NCBI RefSeq assembly: GCF_009914755.1
Contig: NC_060929.1
Direction: 5' to 3' (one strand)
DNA: 64,000 nucleotides
Source of the DNA: the human T2T-CHM13v2.0 reference genome, Homo sapiens
In this document: piece after piece, positions 28,101 to 42,245 of the stretch
Position numbering within the stretch: position 1 is the stretch's first letter
How the letters are laid out: the number at the start of each line of letters is the position of its first letter
Notes under the pieces: model-generated
What the model saw: the letters and a program-made list of their open reading frames with translations, nothing else
The model's database searches: none
Told to the model about the DNA's origin: nothing
Translations under genes and position numbers: made by a program

Positions 28101-29317
28101 TATGACTAGTTTTCAAAATAGTTCATATTTCTGATATCTGATATTTTTCTTGTATTTAATGACAAAGAATTCCTTTAGCAGCATAAAATACAAATCAACC
28201 CTTGCCATTTCTCACTGATCAAGCTAATTATTTTTTCTTGATACGACTTGCTTCTAATGACTGCATAGTTAAAAGAAAGTGGACATAATAGTTTTAGTTG
28301 TTATAACCTTTGTAGCCTTTTCACGGATCAAATCATTCTTTCCACAGTTACTTTCTTATTCTTTCATAAGGTTACAATAGATCTGTGAATTTGTACTTTC
28401 TGAGTCTTTAAGTAAATTCTGCACAAAGTCCTTACTTTTAATTTAATATAAGTAGGGTAAAATACTGAGTTGAATGTATTTGGAAAATATTTAAATACAG
28501 TTTTTGCTTTATATAATTTTACAAGACAGATGTGGCCTATAAATTGTCTTCTTGCTCCATGTGGTTATTTTAATTCAGTGATTTAAGTGGTGACTTGGAA
28601 GTTCTTTAGTTTAGAAGGACCCTATCTCTGCTAGCTAAAAATTAGCCCATCTTATTTTGCAGAAACAAATTAACTTTTCAGCCTAGGAGGTGCTTGTAAG
28701 TTAATTTGCAAAATGTTTGCACAGCCCTAGAAAAATATCGATATATATTAAAAACCAACAGAAATGTTTTTTCTCTGATATTATAACAGAGAATTATTCT
28801 AAGTAATTCCTTTTAGAAAAATAAGCTTATTTTTGTGTTTCACTTTTTGAATTTTGGGTTTCTCTCCATTTCTTATTTTAATACAGAAACATTTATAAAT
28901 TTTTTAAAGATGCAGATGATGAATAATATTTGACTTGTGAGGCACATCAAGTAATTTAACATGAGGTTGTTTTCCTCTATGGTTTCATTTGCTGAAACAT
29001 ATTAAAAATGCAGTAGTAACAGTTTCAAAATTCTGTTAATACTGACGCAATTTTCCTACAGAGGGCAGTACTGGTGGAAGTACACACTGGGCATAATATA
29101 GATAGCCCATCTGCTAAGATCTAAGCCTTATTATCATGGCATCCAGTAAGAGACTGCTGGGAAAATGGGAGAACCAAAGAATTTTGTTTACATTTAGTTC
29201 CTTTCTATATGAATCCATTTGAGAACATACCATTAACTTGAAAATATGAGCATATAACATTCAATGCAAACAACTCGCAATATTTATAGCTATTCTTTTT
29301 TTTCTCTTCTCATGAGT

Positions 29318-30222
29318 TGTGATGGTTAATTTTATGTGTCAAATTAACTGGTCCACAGGGAGTCTGGACATTTTGTCAAACATTATTCTAGGTGTGTCTG
29401 TGAGGGTGTGTCTGGAGGAGATTCATGTTTGAGTTGGTAGACTGAGCATGGCAGATTACCATCCTGATATGGTTCGGCCATGTCCCCACTCAAATCTCAT
29501 CTTGAATTCCCATGTGTTGTTGGAGGGACCCAGTGGGAGATAATTGAATCATGGGGGTGGTTTCCCCCATACTGATCTCAGGGTAGTGAATAAGTCTCAT
29601 GAAATCTGATGGTTTGACAAAGGGAAACCCATTTTGCTTGGCTCTCATTCTCTCTTTGCTGCTGCCATCCATGTAAGTCGTGACTTGCTCCTCTTTGCCT
29701 TCCACCATGATTGTGAGGTTTCCCCAGCCACGTGGAACTATAAGTCCAATTAAACCTCTTTCTTTTGTAAATTGACCAGTCTTCGGTATGTCTTTATCAG
29801 CAGCACGAGAAAAGACTAACACACCTCCTTAATGTGAGTGGACTTCCTCTGATCATTTGAAGGTGTGATTAGAACAAAAAGGATGACTCTTTCTCAGTTA
29901 AAAGCAAGTAAATGGAACTCCTCCTGTCTGAATGTTTGAGCTCAGATACTATTTGTTGCATTTGACATTGGACTTGAATTAAAACATGGGTGCTTCTCGG
30001 AGCTCAAGACTACTGGCTTTCAAACTGGAACTAACACCATCAGATCTCCTGGGTCTCCAGCTTGTCAACTGCAGACTTTGGGACTTCTCAGCCTCGACAA
30101 TCACATAAGTCAATTTCTTAAAATAAATCTCTCTTTCTTTTTATCTATCTATGTATCTATCCATCTCTATCTAGCCACCCTTCTTCTTGGTTCTGTTTCT
30201 CTGGAAATCGTGACTAAAAACA
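29318..30222 (+). mobile_element. MLT2 (MLT2D-like) ERVL LTR, interrupted by THE1
   Basis: tgtgatggttaattttatgtgtcaa...ctcctgggtctccagcttg...ttggttctgtttctctgga..tgactaaaaaca. Confidence 0.88.
29465..29823 (+). mobile_element. THE1A-like solo LTR
   Basis: tgatatggtt...ccatccatgtaag..gtgacttgctcctc...gactaacaca; 5-bp flanks catcc/cctcc. Confidence 0.92.
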
Positions 30223-30984
30223 TCATTGTTTCTCATTTTCAACAATATTTTCCTTTCCACTGCTAGCTAATTAAAGATAAACTAAGTAGCTTCTTTTCAG
30301 TTCTAATTAAGAAAAAAAAAAACATGAAATACCCAGAGCAGGTGTGAGAGTAAACTTCTTCAATAATTAGTGTAAATAGAGTTTCTTTCTTTCTTTCTTT
30401 CTTTTTTTTTTTGTTCTAAAGTAATAAGTGTCCTGCTTTTCTCACACACCAGGTGGCAAAATGGTGAGTGGAAAATGTGTAAGAACAGTGGGGGTATGCA
30501 GACACTAATAATACCTTCCCCTACGTTGTAATTTGCAGTTCTCAAAGCATTTCCATGTAGATTTGAGTCATACAAAATAACCAGAGGGTGGGGATATTTT
30601 TACCCTTCACGGATGAGACCATGGAGGCACTGCAGAGAAAAAGTTAAGTGGGAGAACAAAAATTTCTACTTGTATTTTCAGGCAATAAGTCATGTGTTCT
30701 TGCAATTGAATGACTGCTTATGGACACAGCTGCATTAATTATTACTTTCAAGAGGGAGTTGACAGTCACTCAAAAGGGAAAGGACAGGTAAGACCTAGTG
30801 GATATCTTCTCCAGAAGGCAGAAGCCATAGTCTAAACTTAAATAAACTAGTAGCAATATAAAAAATGTATAGTAGAGTGAGTTTTAAGTCATCGTGAAGA
30901 GGTAAATAATTTATGTACGTTAGAGGAAAGTGAATTTTTAATTATAGTAAAGACAAAATAATAATATTAAGAAAAACATTGGCA

Positions 30985-31145
30985 ACAGCCTACATTTACT
31001 GAGCACATACTAAATATGAAGAAGCTTCCATGAATTTTTGCTGGTTCTAACAATAATTTTGCAAGAAAAATTTTATTACCTCACTTTAACATAGTTGAGA
31101 ACACAGATTGAGAGATTAAAGAACTTCTTCAAACTTACCTGACAT
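30985..31145 (-). mobile_element. MIR fragment
   Basis: acatttactgagcac...tattacctcacttt...gagagattaaagaactt. Confidence 0.55.
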
Positions 31146-31329
31146 TAAGAATACATTATGTCAAAACCAGGGAGTGTTTCTAGAATTAAAGGAAGACAAA
31201 CCACAGATATTTTTCAGAAGTTTGGGATTATTAAGTAAACTGCGAAGTACTTAGTTTGTTTTCACTTATTATCAATGTAGTTGTTAGAGCTTACAAACGG
31301 AAAAGCAAAAACTGACTAAATTGTGTACT

Positions 31330-32720
31330 ACTGTCACCAGTAGGTTACAATTTTATTCTCCAGAAGCAGATCTTGAAACAGGGACTGATATAGAAGTTAT
31401 TTACTGGGAAGAACTGCCAGTGGGATTACAATTGGTCAGGGAGACAAGACATGGGACTGGTAAGGGAATAAACCAAGGGAGTCAAGCAAAGCCACACCAA
31501 GTAAAAGTTTGATGCAATCTCACAAACTTTGGAGATTTGGAGACAATGCAGGTCATATCTCAAAATTCTTTGAATCAGGGCCCATTTTTATCCCTGTAGC
31601 TCTCAATAATTGGCTAAAGGTGAAGACAGACAGGCAGGGTCTCCATTTCTCTTTGATTGAGCACCAATAGGTTCTGGCAGCCTGAGGGCAGCCCTCTGTA
31701 AAACAAATGTAGGAGCTGGCTGTTGGAGGGAAAAGTCACTAGAAGCAATGCTGGTGTACATAGACATGTGTAGGAAGACCCCCTGAAACTATTGCTACGG
31801 AATAAAATATGAAATGCTCCTGATTATTGTAAATACAAAATTGAATGCAGGATTGTGTAAAGACAATGCCAGGTTGGACTGCCAGAATGCGCCAACAGTG
31901 CATGATGTGATTCCCCCTGCAGAGAGCCTATGAATGGACATGCAGTCAGGGAGGTTTCACATCACCAAGATTCCTATTCCAGAAAAGCAGATGTTCATAG
32001 CTCTGGGAATGGAATGCCACCCTTGTGGAGAGCCTATGAATGGACTCATGGCGGGGGCACCTGTCCATATGGATAAGATAGGGCTATAAACACCCTCATC
32101 TTGCCACAGCTCTTCTAGGTCTCTTTAGGTTTAAGGCATACTCCCTTCTGAGAATTTCTAGTCTAACCAGTTGTCTAGCTTCATGTACTGTTTCTATGGA
32201 TTGTTTGTAACCAGCTTTTGCTGCAACTGTTACTGCTGATTAATATCTTGCTAATCGTAGGTTATGGAAAGATTGTGTTTCTGTTTTAAGGCTCTGTTAG
32301 AAATTACTGATGCACACACTAAATTGTAAATTCTTATCTCTGTATACTGTACTTCTACATACAAATGTACCGTACTTCTACACACAAATGTTATGTTAAA
32401 GAATTACTTCATCCCCATGTGACCATCTTACCTCATAATCAAATGAACCTAAATCCCTCACTAACCTACCCCTGCCCTCACTAAACTTAATAGTAAGTGC
32501 TGGTATATCCAGTGCATTGTTGGCACCATGGGGCCAGAAGGCAGTGACCCCCCTGGACCCAGCTTTCACTATCTTGTGTCTATTATTTCTCAACCTGCCG
32601 ATCCACCTAGGAACAAAGAGAGCTCCGTTGCATTGCGGGCTGCTGGCCAGATCCCGCGATAGACATGAAAAAAATTAACTGTGGGGATATAGACGGATCA
32701 TTGATATACCTATTACACTG
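31330..32720. mobile_element. Old ERVL-type LTR (LTR16-like), interrupted by MER11D
   Basis: tctccagaagcagatcttgaaacaggg...tttactgggaag...ggcagcctgagggcagccctc. Confidence 0.45.
31769..32661 (+). mobile_element. Solo HERV-K-class LTR (MER11D / HML-7 type), 893 bp
   Basis: Starts tgtaggaagaccccctgaaactattgctacggaataaaa, ends gctgctggccagatcccgcgata; perfect 6-bp TSD GACATG (31763-31768, 32662-32667); TATA-like gctataaa ~32083. Confidence 0.85.
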
Positions 32721-32999
32721 ATTATTCACCAATGCGTTATATGAAACCAGTGAGCTTCTCCATATTCTCTTCTGTTTCCTTCACTCATGCTGTACTTTTG
32801 CTTCTCTATTCATGGATCACTGATCTTTGACGACAGATATCTAAGATAAAGGAAGGAACTTCTCCTGGTACATCTTAAATTCCACAAGGTGCACACTTCC
32901 TTACACAAATGTAGACTTCTAGAGAGTTTCTCCAACCAATGTGGCTCAACTCATATGAAATCAAAAGTGTGCTGAACTCTTACAGGAATACTAGTATTC

Positions 33000-33435
33000 A
33001 TACATTTCAGTTGCTCCTCCCATATTTTTGGGGGCTTGGCTATGTGATTTTCTTTAATCAATGTGACATCCACAAATAGAATGCACAGAATCTTGAAGAG
33101 CAATTGTATATTTGGGAATGCCCTCTTAAAAGAACTCCTCTTGGCATCCAGCTTGCAGGAAATATCTAATCCCAGGATATCTTGCTGCAGAGAGGAGGAT
33201 GCACTAATAGGCCTTTTGGGAGGAGACCCTACTTAGAATGAGAGATCTCATGAAGGAGAAGTAATGTGCCCCAACTGAGTTCTCAACTGAGGCAACCACT
33301 CCAGTGAGCCCTGGTAATACCTCAAGGCCCAAAATAATTTCCCAGATGATCCCCTGAATCATAGGAAATAAGAAATTAGTCTTGCTTCGAACTGCTGAAT
33401 TTAGTGAGGTTTGATACGCAGTAACATAGATACAG
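33000..33435 (+). mobile_element. Old MaLR LTR (MLT1G/H-like)
   Basis: ggcttggctatgtgattttcttt...gaatcataggaaataa...gcagtaacatagata. Confidence 0.55.
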
Positions 33436-33489
33436 TTTTTGACCTGTGGAAATGGCAGCTTCATGGTATTCAAGTGAACAACACCAATA

Positions 33490-33760
33490 ATAATAATTAC
33501 ACTGCTTCCTATTGACAATACTATCAGTTATCCAGGGCCTGCTTGCGTTAAAGCATTATGTTTGTGTCTTCTCATATTAAATTTTCAAATAAGCATGCTA
33601 TCAGGCAGTGTCAATGCCTAATCATAAGGCTGAAAAATATCGAGCCTCAGTGGTTTGATGTTACATGTTTAAAGCCACATAGTAACTTGCAAAGTCATAA
33701 TCTGAATCCATGTTTTCTTGGCTTCAAAGTGTATTCTTTCCTCGCTCTGTCTCAAACTGC
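33490..33760 (-). mobile_element. MIR fragment
   Basis: ctcatattaaattttcaaataa...gagcctcagtggtt...aagccacatag...ttggcttcaaag. Confidence 0.5.
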
Positions 33761-34079
33761 ACTTTTATATAAGGATCCCTAAGTATGGCAACATAAATTG
33801 CTGTTAGGCCTGTGAAATTGCCAGAACAAAGAAAATGTGCATGGATTATCTATCTTTACAAATCTGTCTTTGAAAATTATTTAAATCTGGGAAGAAAAAT
33901 TTGAACTGGCGAAAGTGGCATTTCACTCCTTCCAAATACTGTCTTATGTTAAGGGATAATAGCAAAACCAAGAGAACATTATTGATTTTTATACAGTTTC
34001 GATAACTTGTTTTTTTTTGTTTTCATATCACTTCAACTTCACTTGTAAATTGGGCACCTAAAAATTTATCATTTCCTCA

Positions 34080-34707
<628 letters not shown>

Positions 34708-34754
34708 TCTATACTCAAGGTCTCTATATCGAATGGGATGTATATATAATGGGA

Positions 34755-35025
34755 TAGTTTAACCTGAAGGGTATAGGTTCTGGAACCCTGTTGCCTAAGG
34801 CTAATCCTTGATCTTTCTTATATTAGTTCTCCCTCTGGGCCCTCAGTTTGGTCATCAGTAAGATGAAGATAATTACAGCATCTACTTCATTATAATGGAC
34901 CTTAACTACAACTAACATCATCCATTGTGGATATTAAAACAGTTGCTATATGTAAAGGGAATAGTGTCTAGCATAGAGCTAATTCTAAGTGTTAGCTATC
35001 ATTACTATTGTTGTTATTGTTATTA
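34755..35025 (+). mobile_element. MIR
   Basis: ctctgggccctcagtttggtcatcagtaagatgaagataat...agtgtctagcatag...gttagctat. Confidence 0.65.
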
Positions 35026-36759
35026 TTGGGATAAATTTATTTTTAGAAATCAAAATAACCTTAGATTCATGTACACAGAACCGCTTTTTAAAATTCCCTC
35101 AGTAGTTTAGTTCCAAGATAATTATTCCGTGTAATGTGTATAACAGATTTACCAGAATAATGGGCTATTTCATTTAGAAAAATGACTTTAATAATAATTC
35201 AACTTGACTAATAAAATTTTAATAAATTACACATTTATATGTATATTTTCTCTTACCATTTTATCTTAGTCATGGCTAGAATAGGCAACGATATTCTCCA
35301 AATACAGGAGAAATAAAAAATATAGCAGAAAAAAAGAAGAAAAAACAAAGCAATTCAATGAAAAAATAAATCTGTAGCTTTTGATGACATTGCACCATCA
35401 TCTACCATAAGTAGTTATTTTATGATTTGTATATTCAAAATCTTTTTGTTTATCTTTAATATAGCATTTAGCACATTTCACATGGATTCACTTGCATATA
35501 GTTTTCTGTTTAACTAGACTTTTAGCTCCTAGGATCCAGAGACTGTGTACTCAATGCTGTTACTCTTGTACCAAGCAGACTGTTTTGCATTAAATGTCAG
35601 CTCAGTAACTATGCACCAAAGAAATGAGCAAATAAACTGTAAGACAAGTTATTCATTCCTCATTAGATATATGGTTCTTTTGAGTAATATTGATTTTATC
35701 TAATGAATCTTCCTCAAAATTTATAATTTCAATTATTTTTATGGTAGGTAATGAAAGAATGACTTACACGAAAATATGTACACTAAATTCTAAGCATTTT
35801 CTTGCTTGAGTGACATTTAGAAACATCAGTGTTCTTAAATCCTTGGGAACAAATGAGACAGAACTCCAGGGCACTGAAATAGTGTAATGCTATGAAAGTT
35901 ATTGACTTTCAAAAATATTTTCACCTGAGGAATGACTAATCTAGTGACATAAATCTTCAAAAATCATATGAACAAAATTTCCCTAATTATAGATGAGGGC
36001 TTTAATAAATATATTTTAAGGCACAGGCACTGACATCCGAGGTAAAACAAAAAAATAATTTGTTACGATTTGATTATTTGCCTGTACCCAAATCAGCAGC
36101 AGTACTATTCTTAATCTAAGAAATCTCCCTGGTGTGAATGATAAAATCAAATACAAGTCTTATTCACTGTAACTTTCTCTTACAATGCAGCTCTGAAAAT
36201 CTCTCCTATTTTGTTTTATTTTTGTACTCCTTTTCAACAATCACAAAAAGAAAACGATGACTCTTTTCTAACACAAGGTTAAGGCAGCTAAAACTGTCAT
36301 TCTGCCTCTGCATATCACTGTTTCTGTGATAAGAAATAATGAAAATGACTATAAGGTTATGTGTCTGGCTTGCTGTAATTTTCCAAGCAACTCACACCAC
36401 AGGGTGATTCTGTTAGGGTTGAACTGAAGTTAAATATACAGCAAGCACTGTGTATTGTTTTATGTCTTCATAATTAGTTGGTCTATTGAAGATATTTTAC
36501 ATTTTTCCTTTCCCATTGTTGAAGGCAATCAAAGAAATACATTCTCCTTGGAAATCACAAGATCAGAAAATGAATGTGAATATGAGAAAAAGGGACTGTG
36601 TGTTCTAATGCAAGAGGCACTGTCTAGGACCAGGATTCCTTTCCAATTCTTAACTAGGTGTATAATCTCCTACAACTTATTTAGGCATGCTAGTCCTCAG
36701 TTACCTTATTAAAATAAGCCTTCCTTGCCTGAAAGCAAAGAAGTAGACTTCAGACCTCA

Positions 36760-37762
36760 GGGTCACCATCATATCCAAACTACCAATTGAGTTAGTTACA
36801 ACATTCACATTTATCTTACTCCATCATTAGTGTATTTGCTATATTTCCGTCTCAGTTTGATCTCTCAAGAAATACTAAAAAATTTCCAATAAATAGCAAC
36901 TCTAGTCATCAATATCTCAGTCCCTAAATCTTGGAGTGATTTTGGATTCTTCTCTTCATCTCACATGCCACATCAAATTCAATAGGAAATCCTGTCAACA
37001 ATATGTTCAAAGTACATACTTTATCAGATCACCTTCTAGCAGCCTCACTGCCAACATCTTCATCCACAGTCCACTATATATTAGCCTGCAGTAGTACGGT
37101 AGCATCCTACGTGATCAATCTGTATGCAGCCTTCCCCCTGGGCTCCCAGTATATTTACAACACAGCACTCACAAAAATTACTTTGGGACACAACTTATAT
37201 TATGCCACTCTTGTTCAATGCACTCCGTTGCCTGCCCATGTCACTCAGAATAAAGTCCTTAGACTGTATGGTGACTACTAAACCTGGCATACCTTGGTCA
37301 CTCTTAGTTCTTTGACTTTATCTTATAAAGCAATCCCAAGCCTGTTCACCTCACTGGACCCCCTACTGGTTCTCACATAGCCAAATTCTTCTCTGAGGAT
37401 ATTTCCTCTTACAATTCCTTCTGTAGATATCTTCAGAGCTCACTCTTTAACTTCCTTAAGGTCTCTGCTTAAATATTACTCCATCTAAGAAGATACCTCC
37501 TGTGACTTAACGTAAAATAGAACAATGGCCACCATACTTCTCTACCTTATATGGCATTTTAAAATGACATGCATCACATTACATATTCCATACACACAAC
37601 TTTATTTTCTGACACTATCCCCCTTCCCACTAGATTCTAAGTCCCATGCTAGTACTAAATTTATCTATTTTTTTTTTCCCGTGTGATGCATAGTGTCTGG
37701 AAGAGTACCATATACCAAGTTGGCACGCAAGAAATACTTTCTGAAGAAGAGAATGAATGAAG
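36760..37762 (+). mobile_element. L2a 3' region
   Basis: aaatcttggagtgattttggattc...cttccttaaggtctctgcttaaatatt...ctagattctaagtcccatg...gaatgaatgaa tail. Confidence 0.75.
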
Positions 37763-37919
37763 TAATGAGAAGTGAAGGGGAGAAGAGGAAAATGGTAGAG
37801 GCAATAAAAATAGAAATGAAAAGGAAACAGAAAGGAATGAAGACTCATCTGTTGAATTCTTGCACTGATAAATGGTGTTCAGAAAACTGAATATACGCAA
37901 GCAAATAAAAATTCAATAA

Positions 37920-39110
37920 AATTAGAACCTTAAAGCATAAACAAAATTTAATTAAAACTTGATCAAAGACCTTAATATAAGCCCTAAAACTACAAGACAA
38001 TTAGTAGAAAACATGGGAAACATTGTCATGGCATTGGATTTGGCAATGATTTTTTGGATATGATATCACAACAACACAAGAAAAAATAAAGAAGTTAGAA
38101 TTTATCAATATTATTGGTTTTTGTGCACTATCAACAGAATGAAAAAGGAATCCACAGAGTGGAAGGAAATATTTGCAAATCCCATATCTGGCAAGGGAGT
38201 AGTATCCAGAATATATAAGAAACTCCTACAAATCAGCAACAAGAACAACAATGAGAACAACAACAAAAAATGAACAATCCAATTAAGAAATAAATCAAGG
38301 ACGTGAATAGATATTTTTTAAAGAAGATACAAAAATGGCCAATAAACACATGGAAAGTTCTTCAATGTCACCAATCATTAGGGAAATAATAACCATGAAG
38401 AGATACCACATATTACCCGCTAGAATGACTGAGAATCATTAGAAAAAAAGAAAATAATATGTTGGCATTTTGTTGAAATGTTAGAACCCTTGTACATTGC
38501 TGGTTGAAGTATTAATGATGTAGTCACTTTGGAAAATGATATAGCAATTCCTTAAAAAAATGTAGAATTATCTATCCTCCAGAAATTCTTCCAGGTATAT
38601 ATTCCAGAGAAATAGAAACAAGTACTTAAACAGATATTTGTAAATCCATGGTTATAGCAGCATTATTCACAATAACCAGAAAGTGGAAGCAAACCAAGTG
38701 TCCATCAATAGAAAAATGGATAAACAAAATGTGGTGTATATGTACAAGGCACTATTACCCAGCCTTAAAAAGTAAGGAAATTCTGACACAAGTTATAATA
38801 TGGATAAACCTTGAAGACACGTTAAGTGAAAGAAGCCAGTCACAAAAATATAAATACGGTATGATTTTAATTATAAGGAACTTAAAGTAGTCAAATTCAG
38901 AGAGACAAGAACAGAATGAGGATGCCAGGGGCTGGAGAAGGGAATAGGGAATTAATGTTTAATGTGTACAGAGTTTCATTTGGACAAGATGAATGAGTTC
39001 TGGTGATGGAGATTGGTGATAGCTTCATAACAGGGTAAATGTACATATGGCCATAGATAAAAATGGCTAAAATGGTAAATTTTGTATTATGTATATTTTA
39101 CAAGAATAAG
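37920..39110 (+). mobile_element. L1MB-type 3' fragment
   Basis: ORF 38648 (IAALFTITRKWKQTKCPS); 3'UTR gagtttcatttggacaagatgaa..gttctgg..aaaatggtaaattttgt. Confidence 0.9.
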
Positions 39111-40249
39111 AATAAACTATAATATTAGGCAAAAAAATGTGTTAGCAACCTGTGTACGTTATCTAATATTTAGATAACCATGGAATGTACTATAAAATTT
39201 CTTCCTTTTGTAGAAGACAAATAGGACCAAGACATCATTTTCACAAGATCCCATGTAAATTATGAAAGGCTGATTTCAAACTAAATGTACCTGGGCTCCA
39301 AATTTTACAATCTGTATTTTTTCCCTGTATAAAATAAAGAAGGAAATACATAAAATAAATTTCCTGCTTGCAGCTGTCAAATACATGTTGGCTCCTATGT
39401 GATTTTTAAAGCGATACAAGAAGCATTATCTTGTTTGCTAATTTTGAGCTATTCTCCAAAAATGTTATATAATTTGTTATAATAAATCTTGAAAATATAT
39501 GTAATCAAGAATCTGAGCAGTTGATATTTTAGAGTATTATGCTTTATTTTATATTAACACCAAATTTTAATCATTATCAGTTTTATGAATTGTTTGCATA
39601 TAAAAGGAATGTATCTGCACATATTAGGGTAGATTTTTAGCTTCTTAAAAATTAATATTTAAAAGACTAATATGCTTTATAAAAATAACCAATATTCCAA
39701 AGCTTATTTGAACATATAAATATATATTAAAATTAGAATACAGAATTTCTATTCCTAAAAATTGCCAACTGAATAAAGAAGATATGCCAAGGATTAATCT
39801 TCTGTGAACCAAATAATTAACCTGCAATAAAATAAGAATGCATTGCAGAGACATGCCACATATTGATGTAACTAACAAATATTCATACTATTTACTTTTG
39901 TTTATAGTACTTTATTACACGTATTATGCCTTAACTTTATAATTAAAACATTTTAAATCATATATACAATTTTTTAAAGCCCCATTTAATTAAATAATGT
40001 AATTATTTTTGGTTAAAGAGAATTCTAAATTTTAAGCATGGTAATGAATTAAGAAACCTCATGTTGAAGCTATAGTTCAAAAGACTGAAACATCTAATTC
40101 AAATCCAATCAGCCAAATAAATGTTAGAGCATGACTCACATATTATAAATGTCTTTATTCTACTGGTCACTCCCAATTACTGATGCAAATCAGTCTCACT
40201 CTGAATCTACATTTATCCATACCCACATTGGTACCATGGTTGACCATTT

Positions 40250-40316
40250 TCATCATCAGCAGCATCATTATTATAATTGTTGTCATCATCATCATCATTA
40301 TCTTCATCATTATCAT
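40250..40316. repeat. (CAT)n/(TAT)n trinucleotide tract (MIR tail-derived)
   Basis: catcatcagcagcatcattattat...catcatcatcatcattatc. Confidence 0.85.
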
Positions 40317-40319
40317 TTT

Positions 40320-40495
40320 CAAAATGAACCACTTACCTTGTGTCAAGAACTGTGCTAAGTACTTTATGTACTCCTATGAGAAAGGAATTATTATTCCTTT
40401 TTTGCTGTCACAGGGAGTTTAAATAGCTTGTTTAAAATTAGGCAGATGGTAAATAGTGGGACTGACATTTTAAATCCAGTTCTCACTGACTTATT
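40320..40495 (-). mobile_element. MIR fragment
   Basis: cacttaccttgtgtcaagaactgtgctaagtacttta...ggtaaatagtggga..tttaaatccag. Confidence 0.6.
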
Positions 40496-41231
40496 GCAAT
40501 GTCCCCCTCAAAAGCTTCCATTCACTCATTTTCTTGCACGAGTTTGATCCAAGCACAAAACCATCTGTAATCTAGGCTTTTGCAGCCATTTTCTTTATTT
40601 GCTATTCTTATTGTGGCAAAAAAAAAAAGTCCCTTAACTTATTTTCTAGGCAAAAAAAAAAAAAAAATCCACTCTCTCCAAAGGATATATACTTTCCATT
40701 TTGAACAGGTAATATTTTGATGAGAGTTGTTAGTCACCTTCTTTCCACCTCTTTTGAGGCACTGATCCACATGACTTCTTTCCTGAGTCCAGCTGTTTGA
40801 TTTTACTGGTGTCATTTTTAGTTTTGAGCATGGCAATCCCCCAGATTAATATCTAACTGCAGGCAAGTATTATTCAGCCTGTTGCAATGTCTTTCATCGC
40901 TACTCCACCTAAAGAGCTATGGAAGAATATCACAAACATTTTTCTAATTTTCAAGTCACTTTGCCTGTTTTTTATTTGACTTCTCACTTTTTTTTTGATC
41001 ATTGGAGCTTAATGATAACCCTCTTCCTCTTCAGGTATACTTCTTCTTTACTTCCCTTAATATAGTCACTTTCCTGGTTTTCTGATATTTACTAATACCT
41101 CTGTCTTTTACAGCAACAATTTAGATGTGGATGGACAACATGTCTATCTATCCATCGTGTGCTTTTTCTTCAGGAATCTATCATGCATTTCCCCTAGCTT
41201 CGAAAGTTCTCTATAATGGAAGACATTCAAA

Positions 41232-41470
41232 TGATAACAATAGTTAACTCTCTCTAATGCCACTCATCACTCTAAGTGATTTCATATATTACATAAAATT
41301 TTATGTATTATATAAATACACACATACAAACACACACACTTATTTAATCTTGAAACACCTCTATGAGGGAGATACTTATTATCCCCATGTTACAAATGAC
41401 ATAGCCAAAGGCTAGAGAGGATAAGTTATTGAACCAAGGTCAAAAAGCTAGCAGAGGCAGAACCAAGGAA
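41232..41470 (-). mobile_element. MIR fragment
   Basis: ttatccccatgttacaaatga...gagaggataagttatt..ccaaggtca. Confidence 0.6.
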
Positions 41471-41611
41471 GATTATGCACACGACAAATCAAGGAATGCC
41501 TGGTCCTAAGTCCAATTTATACTACCTCGCTTCACTCAAACCAACCATGTCCGGTGTTGAATTTTTTATCTTTCAGTCTTGGTTTCCTTTTTCATGAAAT
41601 GTCAATTTTAG

Positions 41612-42245
41612 GTGTCAACTATGCCAGTTATTTATTTGTTGTCTCTGATCTCCAAGTCCATCTTCTATTCACTATTCTTTATTACTGAAGGTGGCCTGTG
41701 CAGATCTAATTTCTCAACATCCCCTTACCCTTTTAATTCTTGGTAGGCTTTGTCAAATGAAAGCCATGGACAAGGATTGAGATGCAGCAGATGAGCCATA
41801 GAGGAGACTTTAGATGTGGCACATGGGAAGAGGGTCTTCTTTTTGTAGAGCTTCTGCAGCAGCAGACCATAGGCTCCAGCCCCTAGCTTCTTCCAGTACT
41901 CTCTGGGTCTGCCTTCCTGAGTTAGCTCAGAGGCACCAGCAACAAGGCAGGGTGAGCTGTCCTCAGAGGTCCAAATACCAATAGTGCTGAGCTCTGCTCC
42001 AAAAGAATAAACACCAGCGTGTGGGCATCGTCCTCAAAATCCTAGATTCTGATTACTCTACTATTCTTCAGTTACATCAATCCTTGGAGTGAAAGCTGTT
42101 TCTTGGAACTACTCATTTCTGAGTCAGTTCAGTGTATGGTTTTTACACTGATGGCCACCAAACTCCATGTAATGAATGATCTGCTTTGATTCCCTCTAGC
42201 TTGATATATTTAATATAAAGTATTTTCTAATCCCCGATTGATACT
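41612..42245. mobile_element. Ancient ERVL-type LTR fragment (family uncertain)
   Basis: GC-raised block with ttggtaggctttgtcaaatgaaagcca...cagcagcag; ends ttgatac. Confidence 0.35.

Noticed and set aside
40149-40422. His-rich and Ile-rich ORFs
   Set aside because: Translation artefacts of the (CAT)n tract next to a MIR.
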